Source of the DNA: Bacillota bacterium
Lineage (GTDB): Bacteria; Bacillota; JAAYKD01
Direction of reading: 5' to 3'
Length of the DNA: 64,000 nucleotides
Assembly: GCA_012522585.1 (NCBI GenBank)
Contig: JAAYKD010000049.1
Span: 2,808 to 66,807, forward strand
The position numbers and the translations under genes were made by a program. This document shows, in pieces, positions 29,419-38,788 of the stretch. Within the stretch, counting starts at the first letter, position 1; each line of letters opens with the position of its first letter. The notes under the pieces are model-generated. The model made no database searches, had not been told where the DNA came from, and saw nothing but the letters and a program-made list of their open reading frames with translations.

Positions 29419-30957
29419 TTATTTGCTTGTCTGAACCGAATTCTCCAATCGCGCTCTTCTTCGGCCCTGTTCCAAGTTTTTCTGATGTCGGATTTCATCT
29501 TGCAGAATATGAGCAGGATAAGGATAGCGACCGGCTTCAGGATCATCCGGCTTGATGGCCATATGCCCGCTGTCTCGGTTATACTCAACGACTTCCCCAT
29601 CACAAGGTGAACGCCATTCGTGATAACGCAAGCCTAAGTACATTTCCTGAGTGGCTACAACTTCTCCCTCTTTGACCCGGTCTCCAACTTCTTTCAAGAG
29701 GATTCCTTCGATCCGCCCATCTACTACATCAAATTTAAGGAATCGCAAATTTTCTTTGTCCTCACGCATTAAAATCCAACCGGTAGGTTTGGCCAGATGA
29801 TCGATATCCGTCCGAACAATCGGTATATTGCGGGCGAAGAGCAATTGGTTGACCGTTGCTACCTTGGCCAAGATGGTGGGGAAAGAAATAGCTGCGATCA
29901 TCACAGCCAAGGTGTAAAAGGAACCTTGCAAAACAAATTTAGCTAACTCAGAAGAAGGTATGGCACTAAACCAGCTGATTCTTTGGCCTAAAAGCATGAC
30001 AATGATCATCCCGGCAATAACACCGACTAATCCGGCTGAACCTTGTTCTAAGCCAAGAGCATAGACAATTTGACCGTTGGAAACACCAATCGACTTCATA
30101 ATGGCCAGTTCTCGCCTTCTTTCTAGGAAGGTTATAAAGGCAACGGTTAAAACACCGATTCCCATAAACATAAAAATCAAAACCAAAAGCCAGCGTCCCG
30201 GCTGAAAAATCTGTTGGAGTAAGGCTGTGCCCATATCCGTCGTCACCGTCGGATAGATTAAAACAGCGTCGGGATAAGCTGCCCTCATCCATTCCACCAG
30301 ATGAGGCAACTCTGATTCTGCCCTGTTATATTGAATGAAAAAACGGTTAGGAGCAGCATCCTGTCTGATCAGGGCTGCGCTTTCTGTTTTGATCAAGGGG
30401 AGATCAAGATCGTAATCTGTTTGATAAAAACCGGAAATAATAAATTTATATTGAACTTGGACTCCATCTTGCAAAATATTGTAGACATAAAATTCGTCGC
30501 CTAAGCTCAAGTCGAATTGATCAGCCATCTGACTGGGCAAAACAATATCATCTTCATCGACCAGCCAGTTGCCCTCGATCAAAAAATCAGACTTAAAAAA
30601 GTGACTATTCTCTTCTATACCTAACAGTTCTATTTGCCCAGTTTCACTTTTGACAATTATTGAACTGCCTGTTTCTGCTTTTTTCAGAATCGGTCTTCTG
30701 AATTTGGGAGTGGGCAATTGGCTTTCCGGTATAATCGGGCTGTTCTGATCTCCCATGACCATTAAATCATAGGGCAAGTTTAGCTCTACTGTTTGAGCAA
30801 CTCCAATTTGCGAAGAAACAGTCAGCATGCCGCTGTATAAGACGAAAAGGGCAAAGGAACCTGCTACCAAGATAAAAATTGTCAATAAACGCCAGCGCCA
30901 ACGCCAAATATTTTTCAAAGCCAATTGGGTGGTTGCAACGAAGGAAATCATGTTCAT
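29419..30957 (-). CDS. FtsX-like ABC permease (type B) with a ~135-aa cytoplasmic C-terminal barrel-sandwich/biotin-lipoyl-like domain
   Basis: 4 TM in FtsX topology with about 200 aa of extracytoplasmic loop after TM1. The C-terminus reads '…VGDRVKEGEVV…SPCDGEVVEY'. Its start overlaps the ATPase stop (ATGA). Confidence 0.7.
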   Translation of the reverse strand: MNMISFVATTQLALKNIWRWRWRLLTIFILVAGSFALFVLYSGMLTVSSQIGVAQTVELNLPYDLMVMGDQNSPIIPESQLPTPKFRRPILKKAETGSSIIVKSETGQIELLGIEENSHFFKSDFLIEGNWLVDEDDIVLPSQMADQFDLSLGDEFYVYNILQDGVQVQYKFIISGFYQTDYDLDLPLIKTESAALIRQDAAPNRFFIQYNRAESELPHLVEWMRAAYPDAVLIYPTVTTDMGTALLQQIFQPGRWLLVLIFMFMGIGVLTVAFITFLERRRELAIMKSIGVSNGQIVYALGLEQGSAGLVGVIAGMIIVMLLGQRISWFSAIPSSELAKFVLQGSFYTLAVMIAAISFPTILAKVATVNQLLFARNIPIVRTDIDHLAKPTGWILMREDKENLRFLKFDVVDGRIEGILLKEVGDRVKEGEVVATQEMYLGLRYHEWRSPCDGEVVEYNRDSGHMAIKPDDPEAGRYPYPAHILQDEIRHQKNLEQGRRRARLENSVQTSK

Positions 30958-31655
30958 CTGGGCCGCACCTCAATGTCCTCGATTTTACCGTCCATCATTG
31001 AAATTACCCGATGAGCATAAGAAGTAAGGCTCGTATCATGGGTAATCAGGACAAATGTCTGCTTCTCCGTTTCGTTAAAGCGACAGAATAATTCAATTAC
31101 CATGTCCCTGGTCTTGCTATCCAGATTTCCTGTCGGTTCATCGGCTAAAACGACGGCAGGTTTATTGGCCAAAGATCTGGCAATCGCCACTCTCTGTTGT
31201 TCACCCCCGGAAAGTTGATCGGGACGGTGATGGGATCGGGGAGTCAGACCGACTTCATCCAATAAAAATCTGGCTCTTTCTCTCGCTTCGTTCCTGGCCA
31301 TCCCGGAAATCGACATGGGTAATTCCACATTTTCCAAAGCACTCAAATGAGGTATCAGATTGAAAAACTGGAAGACATAGCCGATATTTTTACGTCGCAT
31401 CAAAGCCAATTCATCTTCATTTAATTTGACGATGGATTTGTCATTGATCAGAATATCTCCACTGATCGGTCGATCCAATCCGCCCAAAAGGCTGAGCAAG
31501 GTACTCTTACCGCTGCCTGAAGGGCCGACGATTATGGCAATTTCTCCCGGCATAACTTGGATGTTGACATTGTTAACGGCATAAACCGCTTCACCTAAAT
31601 AGAAGGCTTTGTTTAAATTTACAGTCTCGAGAATTGGGCGCTTAGTATTTTCCAT
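30954..31655 (-). CDS. ABC transporter ATP-binding protein (MacB/LolD-type NBD)
   Basis: Walker A 'GPSGSGKSTLL', signature 'LSGGEQQRVAIAR', Walker B 'VVLADEPT'. Confidence 0.9.
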   Translation of the reverse strand: MENTKRPILETVNLNKAFYLGEAVYAVNNVNIQVMPGEIAIIVGPSGSGKSTLLSLLGGLDRPISGDILINDKSIVKLNEDELALMRRKNIGYVFQFFNLIPHLSALENVELPMSISGMARNEARERARFLLDEVGLTPRSHHRPDQLSGGEQQRVAIARSLANKPAVVLADEPTGNLDSKTRDMVIELFCRFNETEKQTFVLITHDTSLTSYAHRVISMMDGKIEDIEVRPR

Positions 31656-31665
31656 ATTTATCCTC

Positions 31666-33120
31666 CTATTCGTTGCGCAAAACAGTCATGACCGACATAC
31701 CGGCCATCTTCAAAGCGGGCACTAAACCAAAAATTAAAGAAACAATACCAGTTGCCAATAAGACCTTGATCAAGTCTTCGCCAACTGAAGTCATCACAGT
31801 TAAAAACTTCTGACCATTGGTAAACTGATTCAAAGCTCCCGGTAGACGGAAAACCAGAAAACCGATTAAAGCTCCAAATAAAGCTAAGATCAAAGCTTCG
31901 GTCAAGGCCATGATGGTAATATCCAGACGCTTAGCGCCCACAGATTTTAAAATAGCCATCTCTCTTTTTCGCTCGTTGATCATGATCAGCATATTGGCTG
32001 CGACCAGCAAGGCTGCATTGAGTAGAACCAGGCCCATAATGGGCAAGCGCAAGTCCATTGCCATGCCTTGCTGAGTTGCTTTATGCTCGCTTGCTTCAAC
32101 CACCTGAGTAGGCACCGTGATAAACTTCTCAATCAGCTGCCTCTGCATAGCCATCAGGGCTTGATTGGGAACGCTCACGAAACTATAATCAGAAAATTCT
32201 TTGACTAAATTCAAGACCGTATCCTCTAAATAAGTTAGGTCATCGGCTTGCACAAGTACCTGAGAAATCGGATAAGCCAAATCGCCGGCACTTTCCTGCC
32301 AAATCTCCTGCCAAGTGCTCAAGGGGATCTGAATTTCATTGTTCCACCAGTATAGTCTCTCCGTCTGAGTATCCATTTCACCTTGCCAGCTAAATTCTCT
32401 GGTCGGGGCGACGAAGTTGCCAATCACTTTAAATTCTCGACGAATAGTATTGATATAATCGATTCTTATATCTTGATTTTTATCGAGTTTAAAAGTTGGA
32501 AATTCCAAATAAAAAACACTTCCCGGCTCAGGAGCCGCCATGCCTTGGGGCAGATCCATCATTCTTGAGATTATAGCGACATTTTGACCCTGGTCCCCTT
32601 CTTCAAAATAACGACCGCTATAGATCAAATCCTGCAAGGAATTGAGACGGTATTCCTCAGAAAAATCTCGCCCTCGGATGGGGGTTTCGACACGAAACTG
32701 CTCACTCAAAAGAGTAAAAGCAGGCAATCTATAATAAGGACTAACTGAGCTGACCCCTGAAGCTTGAGCCATCTCGACCAGATCTTCAGACTTAAAGTTG
32801 ACAGTTTGGGAACTGTTCAAATAACCTTGAGTAAAAATTTCCGGATGAAAAACATCAAGGTCAGTAAAAGGCTCCTCCGTTGGACGGTTAAATTCCCAAA
32901 AAGCATCGTCTTGGGGCATTTCACCCTGAATTTTTGAAGCATAGGCGATGGCTTCACCGCCTAAAACTTGACGAAACACGCTATAGGCTTCATGAGAATA
33001 GCCTCTGCTCAAACTGATTGTATAAGTTAAAAATGCAGCTGCCACTGCCATGGATGCTATTGCCAACACACTTCTGGCTAAATTTCTCCAAGCATTGACA
33101 GCGCCTAGACGAAAGAACAT
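31666..33120 (-). CDS. FtsX-like ABC permease (type A) with a large extracytoplasmic domain
   Basis: 484 aa with TM1, a ~330-aa extracytoplasmic domain, then 3 C-terminal TM helices. The N-terminus 'MFFRLGAVNAWRNL' matches its paralog at 35751. There is a GGAGG RBS. Confidence 0.75.
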   Translation of the reverse strand: MFFRLGAVNAWRNLARSVLAIASMAVAAAFLTYTISLSRGYSHEAYSVFRQVLGGEAIAYASKIQGEMPQDDAFWEFNRPTEEPFTDLDVFHPEIFTQGYLNSSQTVNFKSEDLVEMAQASGVSSVSPYYRLPAFTLLSEQFRVETPIRGRDFSEEYRLNSLQDLIYSGRYFEEGDQGQNVAIISRMMDLPQGMAAPEPGSVFYLEFPTFKLDKNQDIRIDYINTIRREFKVIGNFVAPTREFSWQGEMDTQTERLYWWNNEIQIPLSTWQEIWQESAGDLAYPISQVLVQADDLTYLEDTVLNLVKEFSDYSFVSVPNQALMAMQRQLIEKFITVPTQVVEASEHKATQQGMAMDLRLPIMGLVLLNAALLVAANMLIMINERKREMAILKSVGAKRLDITIMALTEALILALFGALIGFLVFRLPGALNQFTNGQKFLTVMTSVGEDLIKVLLATGIVSLIFGLVPALKMAGMSVMTVLRNE

Positions 33121-33123
33121 AGA

Positions 33124-34077
33124 TTAACCTCCGATTATTTCTGCCATTGTACCTATTTCAATATTACCTCCACTGAGCAAACAGACACAATTTTTATCAG
33201 CGATCTCCTGGTCATACTTCCAGTATGCTGCTAAAGTAATTGCCGCTGAAGGCTCAGCCCAGAGTTTCGTTGCTTCGATTAAGGCTCTTGTAGCCTCTCT
33301 GATTTCCTCTTCTTCAACAGAGATGACTTGATCGACATATTTTTTGGCTTGATGATAAGCTATTTGTCCGATCTTTTTAGATCTGATGCCATCGGCAATA
33401 CTGGGTTGCCATCTTTCCAACTCCCAAGGCTCTCCTTTAGCCAAGGCTAAGCGCAAACGAGAGCTTAGAACAGGCTCAACCCCAACTATTTTAGCTGAAC
33501 TTCCCAATTCTTTCAAGGCTGTAGCCACACCGGATAAGAGGCCTCCTCCACCGACCGGAACAAAAACATAATCCACTTGAGGCAAGGAGCGGAAAATCTC
33601 TAAACCGATGGTGCCTTGACCGGCCACTACATGGGGATGGTCATAGGGATGAATCAGGGTCATTCCTTGTAGGGCAAACTCTTCTGCTTTAGCCAATCTT
33701 TCCGTGGTGGTCAAACCATGAAAGACTACTTCAGCTCCATATTTTTGACAGGCTTTTACTTTAGCCGCTGAAGCGTCTTGGGGAACAACGATAACTGCTT
33801 TGGTTTGCAAAAGAGAAGCGGCATAGGACACGGCGATACCATGATTGCCGGAAGAGCCGGTGACTAAACCCTTTTTTAAATCTTCTTGAGTTAATTGTAC
33901 TGCACAATTGTAGGCCCCTCTAATTTTAAAAGACCCGGTCTTTTGCAAATTTTCGCATTTAAAATAGAGGCGACCTCTTTTCTCGCGACTCAAACTTTCG
34001 TTTTTTAGCAAGGGAGTTTCCAGGACAATATCTTCCAGATTCTTTTTGGCTTGATAGATCTCTTTGAGCCCCAGCAT
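33124..34077 (-). CDS. PLP-dependent threonine/serine dehydratase family enzyme
   Basis: 'FKCENLQKTGSFKIRGAYN' PLP-lysine motif. AGGAGG sits 7 nt before the ATG at 34077; the ORF-track start is a TTG. Confidence 0.8.
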   Translation of the reverse strand: MLGLKEIYQAKKNLEDIVLETPLLKNESLSREKRGRLYFKCENLQKTGSFKIRGAYNCAVQLTQEDLKKGLVTGSSGNHGIAVSYAASLLQTKAVIVVPQDASAAKVKACQKYGAEVVFHGLTTTERLAKAEEFALQGMTLIHPYDHPHVVAGQGTIGLEIFRSLPQVDYVFVPVGGGGLLSGVATALKELGSSAKIVGVEPVLSSRLRLALAKGEPWELERWQPSIADGIRSKKIGQIAYHQAKKYVDQVISVEEEEIREATRALIEATKLWAEPSAAITLAAYWKYDQEIADKNCVCLLSGGNIEIGTMAEIIGG

Positions 34078-34252
34078 AAATTCGCCTCCTAATTTTTCTT
34101 TCAATGTAAAATGTTTCGCTGAACGAAGAATTTTTCCTGCTTAATTTCCTCTTATCTCCTTTGAATTACCAGATTAAACAGAAAACGGCCAAATACAATA
34201 AAAAAATCTCTCTCTAAAACTCAAAACATTGAGATTTCAGAAAAAACAGATT

Positions 34253-35758
34253 TTAATCTCTCTTATTAAAACGAGGATAATTATGACGAGGGGCATCTTT
34301 ATCTGCAGGATCGATAATATATTTGCCATTGGCTTCATTATAGGATAAAACCCTTCCGTCAACAGGGGCCAGCCATTCTTCATAGACCAAGCCTCCCAAG
34401 GAATACTTAAAAGCTATAGTTTCACCTTTTTTGACCAGTTCATCGGGCCAGCGCAGGAGCACCGAGAGAGATCTTCCATCAACCACACTTAGTTTCAAGA
34501 TATGGGTGTTCTCCTCTTCCATCTCTCTGAGCCAATCTCCAGACGGATTGACTATATGATCATAAGAGCGTTTGAGCAAGGGGATTTCTCTTGAATATAA
34601 TAATTGATTTACTCCAGCCGCTTTGGCCAAGAGCAAAGGATAGATGATGGCCAGAATATAGAAAAACAAAACCAAAAGGATATTGATTAGAGAGAGCTGC
34701 AGAAACTTGTCCCAGGACAAGCTGGAGCTGGTCAAAGTGCCAAAAAGCAAAGCTGAACCCAGAAGACCAACAGCCAAACCAAAAACACCTGCAGCTCCGG
34801 CTTCGGCCAGAAAAAGCCCTAAGGCTTGATTGTTTCTGATTCCCAAAGTTTTGAAAATAGCCAATTCTTGTTTGCGCTCCAGGAAAGCCAAGAGGTTGAG
34901 GGTTAAAACTGCCACAGCCATAAAGATAAAGACCAGAAAAATCACCCAATTACCCGGACTTTGAATCACTCTGTTCAGTTCTTGAAAGCGTAAGAGGGGT
35001 GTTTCTTTTAAAATGAATTCTGCTCCGGGATAGAGCCGGGCCAGGGTGTTGTTAAAAAAGGTAAAATCCCTTAAATTATCAAAGCCACTGACTTGCAAAA
35101 ACTGACGATTGAGGTTTTTTTGCCCGCTTATTTTCTGAGCTGCTCCTAAACTGATTTGAGCTTGATCCAAATCGTAATGCTCTAAACCGATGGCGCTGAC
35201 AGTCAGGTTCAAACTTTCCTTAATACCCAGATCGTTTTTATAGAGAGCCACAAACTCATAGCCCAAGGCTAAATCGTATTGCTCGGCTAAGTTTTTAGGC
35301 AGATAAATTTCATCATCCTTTTCAGGCCAGCTACCCATGATCTTTCCTTGACGTAAAAATATGCTTTCCTCGGACACTCCCAAGACCTCAAACTCGCTCA
35401 AAGGAGTCTGAAGCTTCAAGGCTAAAGCGCTGTCACTGGCACTAACAGTCACAGGAATACTGGCACTGCGGCCCCGACTATACCCGGAAATATTGGCAGC
35501 ATAGGAAGCCAAGACGGGAAAATCCGTCAGGGGCCTTTGTCTTCCGGTCATTTGGATTTGCACATCATAGGGAATATTCAAAGGTCGAATCAAATCTGTT
35601 TTTCCTAGCCCTTGACTCTCCATCATACTGCCGTAGAGCAAAGCAACACTGACGCTGCCCGCTACCAAAGTTGCCATGAGCAGAAATCGCCAGCGCCAGC
35701 GCTTGATATTTCTGATTATTAAGCCACCAAGTGATAATGTGTCGAACCTCTTAATCAA
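34253..35758 (-). CDS. FtsX-like ABC permease (type B', paralog of 29419..30957) with the same C-terminal barrel-sandwich-like domain
   Basis: Same topology. N-terminal 'RNIKRWRWRF' matches 'KNIWRWRWRL'. The C-terminus reads 'KKGETIAFKYSLGGLVYEEWLAPVDGRVLSY'. Confidence 0.7.
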   Translation of the reverse strand: MIKRFDTLSLGGLIIRNIKRWRWRFLLMATLVAGSVSVALLYGSMMESQGLGKTDLIRPLNIPYDVQIQMTGRQRPLTDFPVLASYAANISGYSRGRSASIPVTVSASDSALALKLQTPLSEFEVLGVSEESIFLRQGKIMGSWPEKDDEIYLPKNLAEQYDLALGYEFVALYKNDLGIKESLNLTVSAIGLEHYDLDQAQISLGAAQKISGQKNLNRQFLQVSGFDNLRDFTFFNNTLARLYPGAEFILKETPLLRFQELNRVIQSPGNWVIFLVFIFMAVAVLTLNLLAFLERKQELAIFKTLGIRNNQALGLFLAEAGAAGVFGLAVGLLGSALLFGTLTSSSLSWDKFLQLSLINILLVLFFYILAIIYPLLLAKAAGVNQLLYSREIPLLKRSYDHIVNPSGDWLREMEEENTHILKLSVVDGRSLSVLLRWPDELVKKGETIAFKYSLGGLVYEEWLAPVDGRVLSYNEANGKYIIDPADKDAPRHNYPRFNKRD

Positions 35759-37283
35759 GTCTGAGCACCTCCATCACCGGTAATTTGGCATATTTTCGGG
35801 CTGGCATCCAACCAAAGAGCAGAGCTGCCGCGAGAGAAACCGTCAGGACGGTCAGGAAATCTCTAAAAAACAGGAGCAGCAGATAAAACAGACCCATGGG
35901 ATTGGTCAGCTGATTGAGCACTGCCTGAATTCTGATAAAGAGAAAGCCGAAGGAAGCACCCAAAGCTGTAATCAAAGCGGCCTCAGCCAAAATCATCAAA
36001 ATTATTTCCTTTTCTCTGGCTCCGATCGCTTTCAAAATAGCAATTTCATCCTTGCGTTCGGAAACTAATATTAAAATATTGGCAGCCACTAACAAACCTG
36101 CATTGATCATGACTAAAAGGGTTATGGGTTTGCGTAAATCAGCCTGGATTACTGTTTGTTGAACTAAGGAGCTGCGCTCCTGTAACATGGCCCTGGCTCC
36201 GGCTGGAATCTTGGGCTCCAAGCTGAGATTGTCGTGGATTTGTTTTTGATATTCGGGCAAGCCATGAAAGCTGAACTGGGGAAATTCTCTTTGTAAATCG
36301 TAAACTATATCCTGGAGATAACTCAAATCCTTGACTTCTAATAAAACTTCAGCCGGCTTAAAATCAGCATAGGGGCTTAAAGATTGCCAAATCTCCAACC
36401 AAGTCTCTTGAGGCAAATAGAATTCATTAAAATAGACGTAAATCTCCTCGGTCACCCAGCCGTCTATGCCCACTTCGTAATCGACAGTCCGACTGACCAC
36501 ACTCAAATGGCCGATGATTTCCACTTCAATTTCTTCAGCATCAGTAAAATCAACATTCCACTTGTGCCCTAGATCATTGATTTTTGGTAATTTTATTCGC
36601 ACCTTTTGACCTACAGCGGGGGTTTTAGCCAGGCCCTGTAAATTCATGTTTTCAGAAATCACAGCCACATATTTACCCTGATCTTCAGGGGAGAACCAAC
36701 GACCTTGAACTATCGAACTCTCCAGGGAGTAACGGTCCTCTTCCTGACAAGCCTTGGCTTGCAGACCAATTGCAGTCAAAACGTCGGGGCCTTGAGTGGA
36801 ACCATCTTCCCCTTGCACCAACAAATGAGGAGGCAAAGGTGTCTTCAAAGCGTCTAAATCAACCTGCTGAGCCATTTCAGCCGGCAGCCTATATAAGGGC
36901 TTGGCTGCAACAACAAAAGGCTGCTCAGCCAGTTTTTCTAAATCTGTTAAATCAAACTCCCTGAGAGCTTGGCTGGGCTTTAAAAAGCCTGTTTGGGCTA
37001 ATTGGGGCTGAAGATAATTGAGGCTGGCAAAAGGGCTCACTGCCCCTTGTTCGAATTCCCATTCTTCCTGCTGAGAAGAAAAATCAGCCGTTGTTTTCAT
37101 CGCCTGAACCAGTATTTCCCCACCTAACATAGAACTCAGCGGTTGACCGGCATGTTGGGCATAGCCTTTGCTCAAGCTGACGGTAAAGGTAAAGAACGAG
37201 GCGGCTAAAGCCATCGCTAAAATAGCTAAAATGCTGCGTTGCAGATTTCTCCAGGCATTTTGAAAACCGAGTCTTATAAACAT
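35751..37283 (-). CDS. FtsX-like ABC permease (type A', paralog of 31666..33120)
   Basis: N-terminus 'MFIRLGFQNAWRNLQRS'. Its stop and the next gene's start overlap by 8 nt. Confidence 0.7.
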   Translation of the reverse strand: MFIRLGFQNAWRNLQRSILAILAMALAASFFTFTVSLSKGYAQHAGQPLSSMLGGEILVQAMKTTADFSSQQEEWEFEQGAVSPFASLNYLQPQLAQTGFLKPSQALREFDLTDLEKLAEQPFVVAAKPLYRLPAEMAQQVDLDALKTPLPPHLLVQGEDGSTQGPDVLTAIGLQAKACQEEDRYSLESSIVQGRWFSPEDQGKYVAVISENMNLQGLAKTPAVGQKVRIKLPKINDLGHKWNVDFTDAEEIEVEIIGHLSVVSRTVDYEVGIDGWVTEEIYVYFNEFYLPQETWLEIWQSLSPYADFKPAEVLLEVKDLSYLQDIVYDLQREFPQFSFHGLPEYQKQIHDNLSLEPKIPAGARAMLQERSSLVQQTVIQADLRKPITLLVMINAGLLVAANILILVSERKDEIAILKAIGAREKEIILMILAEAALITALGASFGFLFIRIQAVLNQLTNPMGLFYLLLLFFRDFLTVLTVSLAAALLFGWMPARKYAKLPVMEVLRLD

Positions 37284-37379
37284 CTTTCAACCTCCAGCCT
37301 TTTAATAACTAATTCTGAAAGTAAAAGCTCAGAACACCTTAGACTTGTTCTAAAAAAAGGTAACCAAATCCTTTAATTT

Positions 37380-37431
37380 AACAATTAAATATAAATAACA
37401 AGAGGAAAAGAAAAAATCTTTTCCTCTTGTT
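37380..37431. terminator. Bidirectional rho-independent terminator at the 3' end of the lysine-fermentation operon
   Basis: aacaagaggaaaag-aaaaaatc-ttttcctcttgtt, flanked by A/T runs. Confidence 0.8.
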
Positions 37432-37448
37432 ATGAGAGTATTTGCTTT

Positions 37449-38114
37449 TTAAGATTGGAGAGGCGGACCAAAATCCTTCAAATCATGGCTGACCTGGAAT
37501 TCCGCTTCCGTCTTTTCTCTGATTTCGTCAACTGTAACTCCCTTGCGTTTTTCAATTAAGAGCAATCCGCCTTTAGTGATATCGAAAACGGCAAGTTCGG
37601 TCACAATTTTATGAACCTTTTTGTAAGCGGTTAAAGGCAACTTACAAGTTTTCAGGATTTTTTTAGCGTCCCCTCGAGCCGTATGAGTCGTTACAACGAT
37701 GACCTTTTTAGCTCCGGCGACTAAATCCATAGCGCCTCCCATGCCGGGCACCATTTTTCCCGGAATGATATGGCTGGCCAAGGAACCTTCTTGGTCTATT
37801 TCCAGAGCACCTAAAATAGTCAGATCAAGATGCCCGCCTCTGATGATGGCAAAAGACAAGGCGCTGTCGAAGAAGCTGGCATAGTCTTTAACTGTGACCA
37901 TGGCTGCTCCGGCATTGACGATGTCCGGATTTTGCTCTTCCGGGGAGGCCATTTTATCCATGCCCATAATACCGTTTTCCGATTGAAAGACTGCATGCAC
38001 ATCTTCGGGAATAAAATTGGCGACCATGGTGGGGATGCCGATTCCTAGATTGACTACATCACCATCTTTAATTTCTAAGGCTGCCCTTCTGGCAATGACT
38101 TCTCTCGCGTCCAT
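37449..38114 (-). CDS. ctfB: 3-oxoacid (butyrate-acetoacetate) CoA-transferase subunit B
   Basis: 221 aa, CoA-transferase family I beta subunit. Adjacent to subunit A. Confidence 0.85.
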   Translation of the reverse strand: MDAREVIARRAALEIKDGDVVNLGIGIPTMVANFIPEDVHAVFQSENGIMGMDKMASPEEQNPDIVNAGAAMVTVKDYASFFDSALSFAIIRGGHLDLTILGALEIDQEGSLASHIIPGKMVPGMGGAMDLVAGAKKVIVVTTHTARGDAKKILKTCKLPLTAYKKVHKIVTELAVFDITKGGLLLIEKRKGVTVDEIREKTEAEFQVSHDLKDFGPPLQS

Positions 38115-38116
38115 AA

Positions 38117-38770
38117 TCAGTCTCCTTTCACGATATAATCGACAAAGATACCGGGTGTCGCTACATCTTCCGCTTTGATTTCTCCAATATTGACGTAACT
38201 ATCAGCAGTAGCTAAAACTAAATCTGCAGCCATAGCCATTAGAGGATTGAAATTTCTGGTCGTTCCGTGATAGTAAAGATTGCCAAAGGGATCGATTTTA
38301 CTGCCGTGGATCAGAGCAATATCGGCTCTTAAGGGAGTTTCTAAAAGATAATTTTGGCCATCCACCTCAATTACTCTTTTCCCTTCAGCCACGTGAGTGT
38401 TCATGCCGGTAGCTGTTAAGACACCACCTAGACCGGAACCGCCGCAACGAATTTGCTCGGCTAAGGTGCCTTGAGGCACTAACTCCACTTCCAATTCACC
38501 GGCCCCCATCTGACGACCGGTTTCCGGATTGGTACCGATATGGGAAACTATGACTTTTTTAGCTTTTTGATCAGCGATCAAGCGGGAAATACCTATTTCC
38601 GGCAAGGCTGTGTCGTTGGCTATGATGGTGTAATCTTTTACACCCGAAGCGAGAATTGCATCGATTAAAAGTTCCGGTGTACCATTACCTAAAAAGCCAC
38701 CAATCATGATGGTCATGCCATCACAGAAATGTCTTTGCGCCTCTTCAAGAGAAATTATCTTGTTTATCAT
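38117..38770 (-). CDS. ctfA: 3-oxoacid (butyrate-acetoacetate) CoA-transferase subunit A
   Basis: 217 aa with N-terminus 'MINKIISLEEA…GMTIMIGGF'. Confidence 0.85.
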   Translation of the reverse strand: MINKIISLEEAQRHFCDGMTIMIGGFLGNGTPELLIDAILASGVKDYTIIANDTALPEIGISRLIADQKAKKVIVSHIGTNPETGRQMGAGELEVELVPQGTLAEQIRCGGSGLGGVLTATGMNTHVAEGKRVIEVDGQNYLLETPLRADIALIHGSKIDPFGNLYYHGTTRNFNPLMAMAADLVLATADSYVNIGEIKAEDVATPGIFVDYIVKGD

Positions 38771-38788
38771 TTCATCTCCCCCTCATGA

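Noticed and set aside
29415-29603. 62-aa ORF 29415..29603 at the 3' end of the FtsX-B gene
   Set aside because: It is on the same strand but in a different frame, nested within a CDS that has paralog-conserved sequence, so it is spurious.
33124-34104. N-terminal extension of the PLP dehydratase (MKEKLGGEF…) from the ORF track
   Set aside because: It starts at a TTG. The AGGAGG sequence lies inside the extension, 7 nt before the ATG at 34077.
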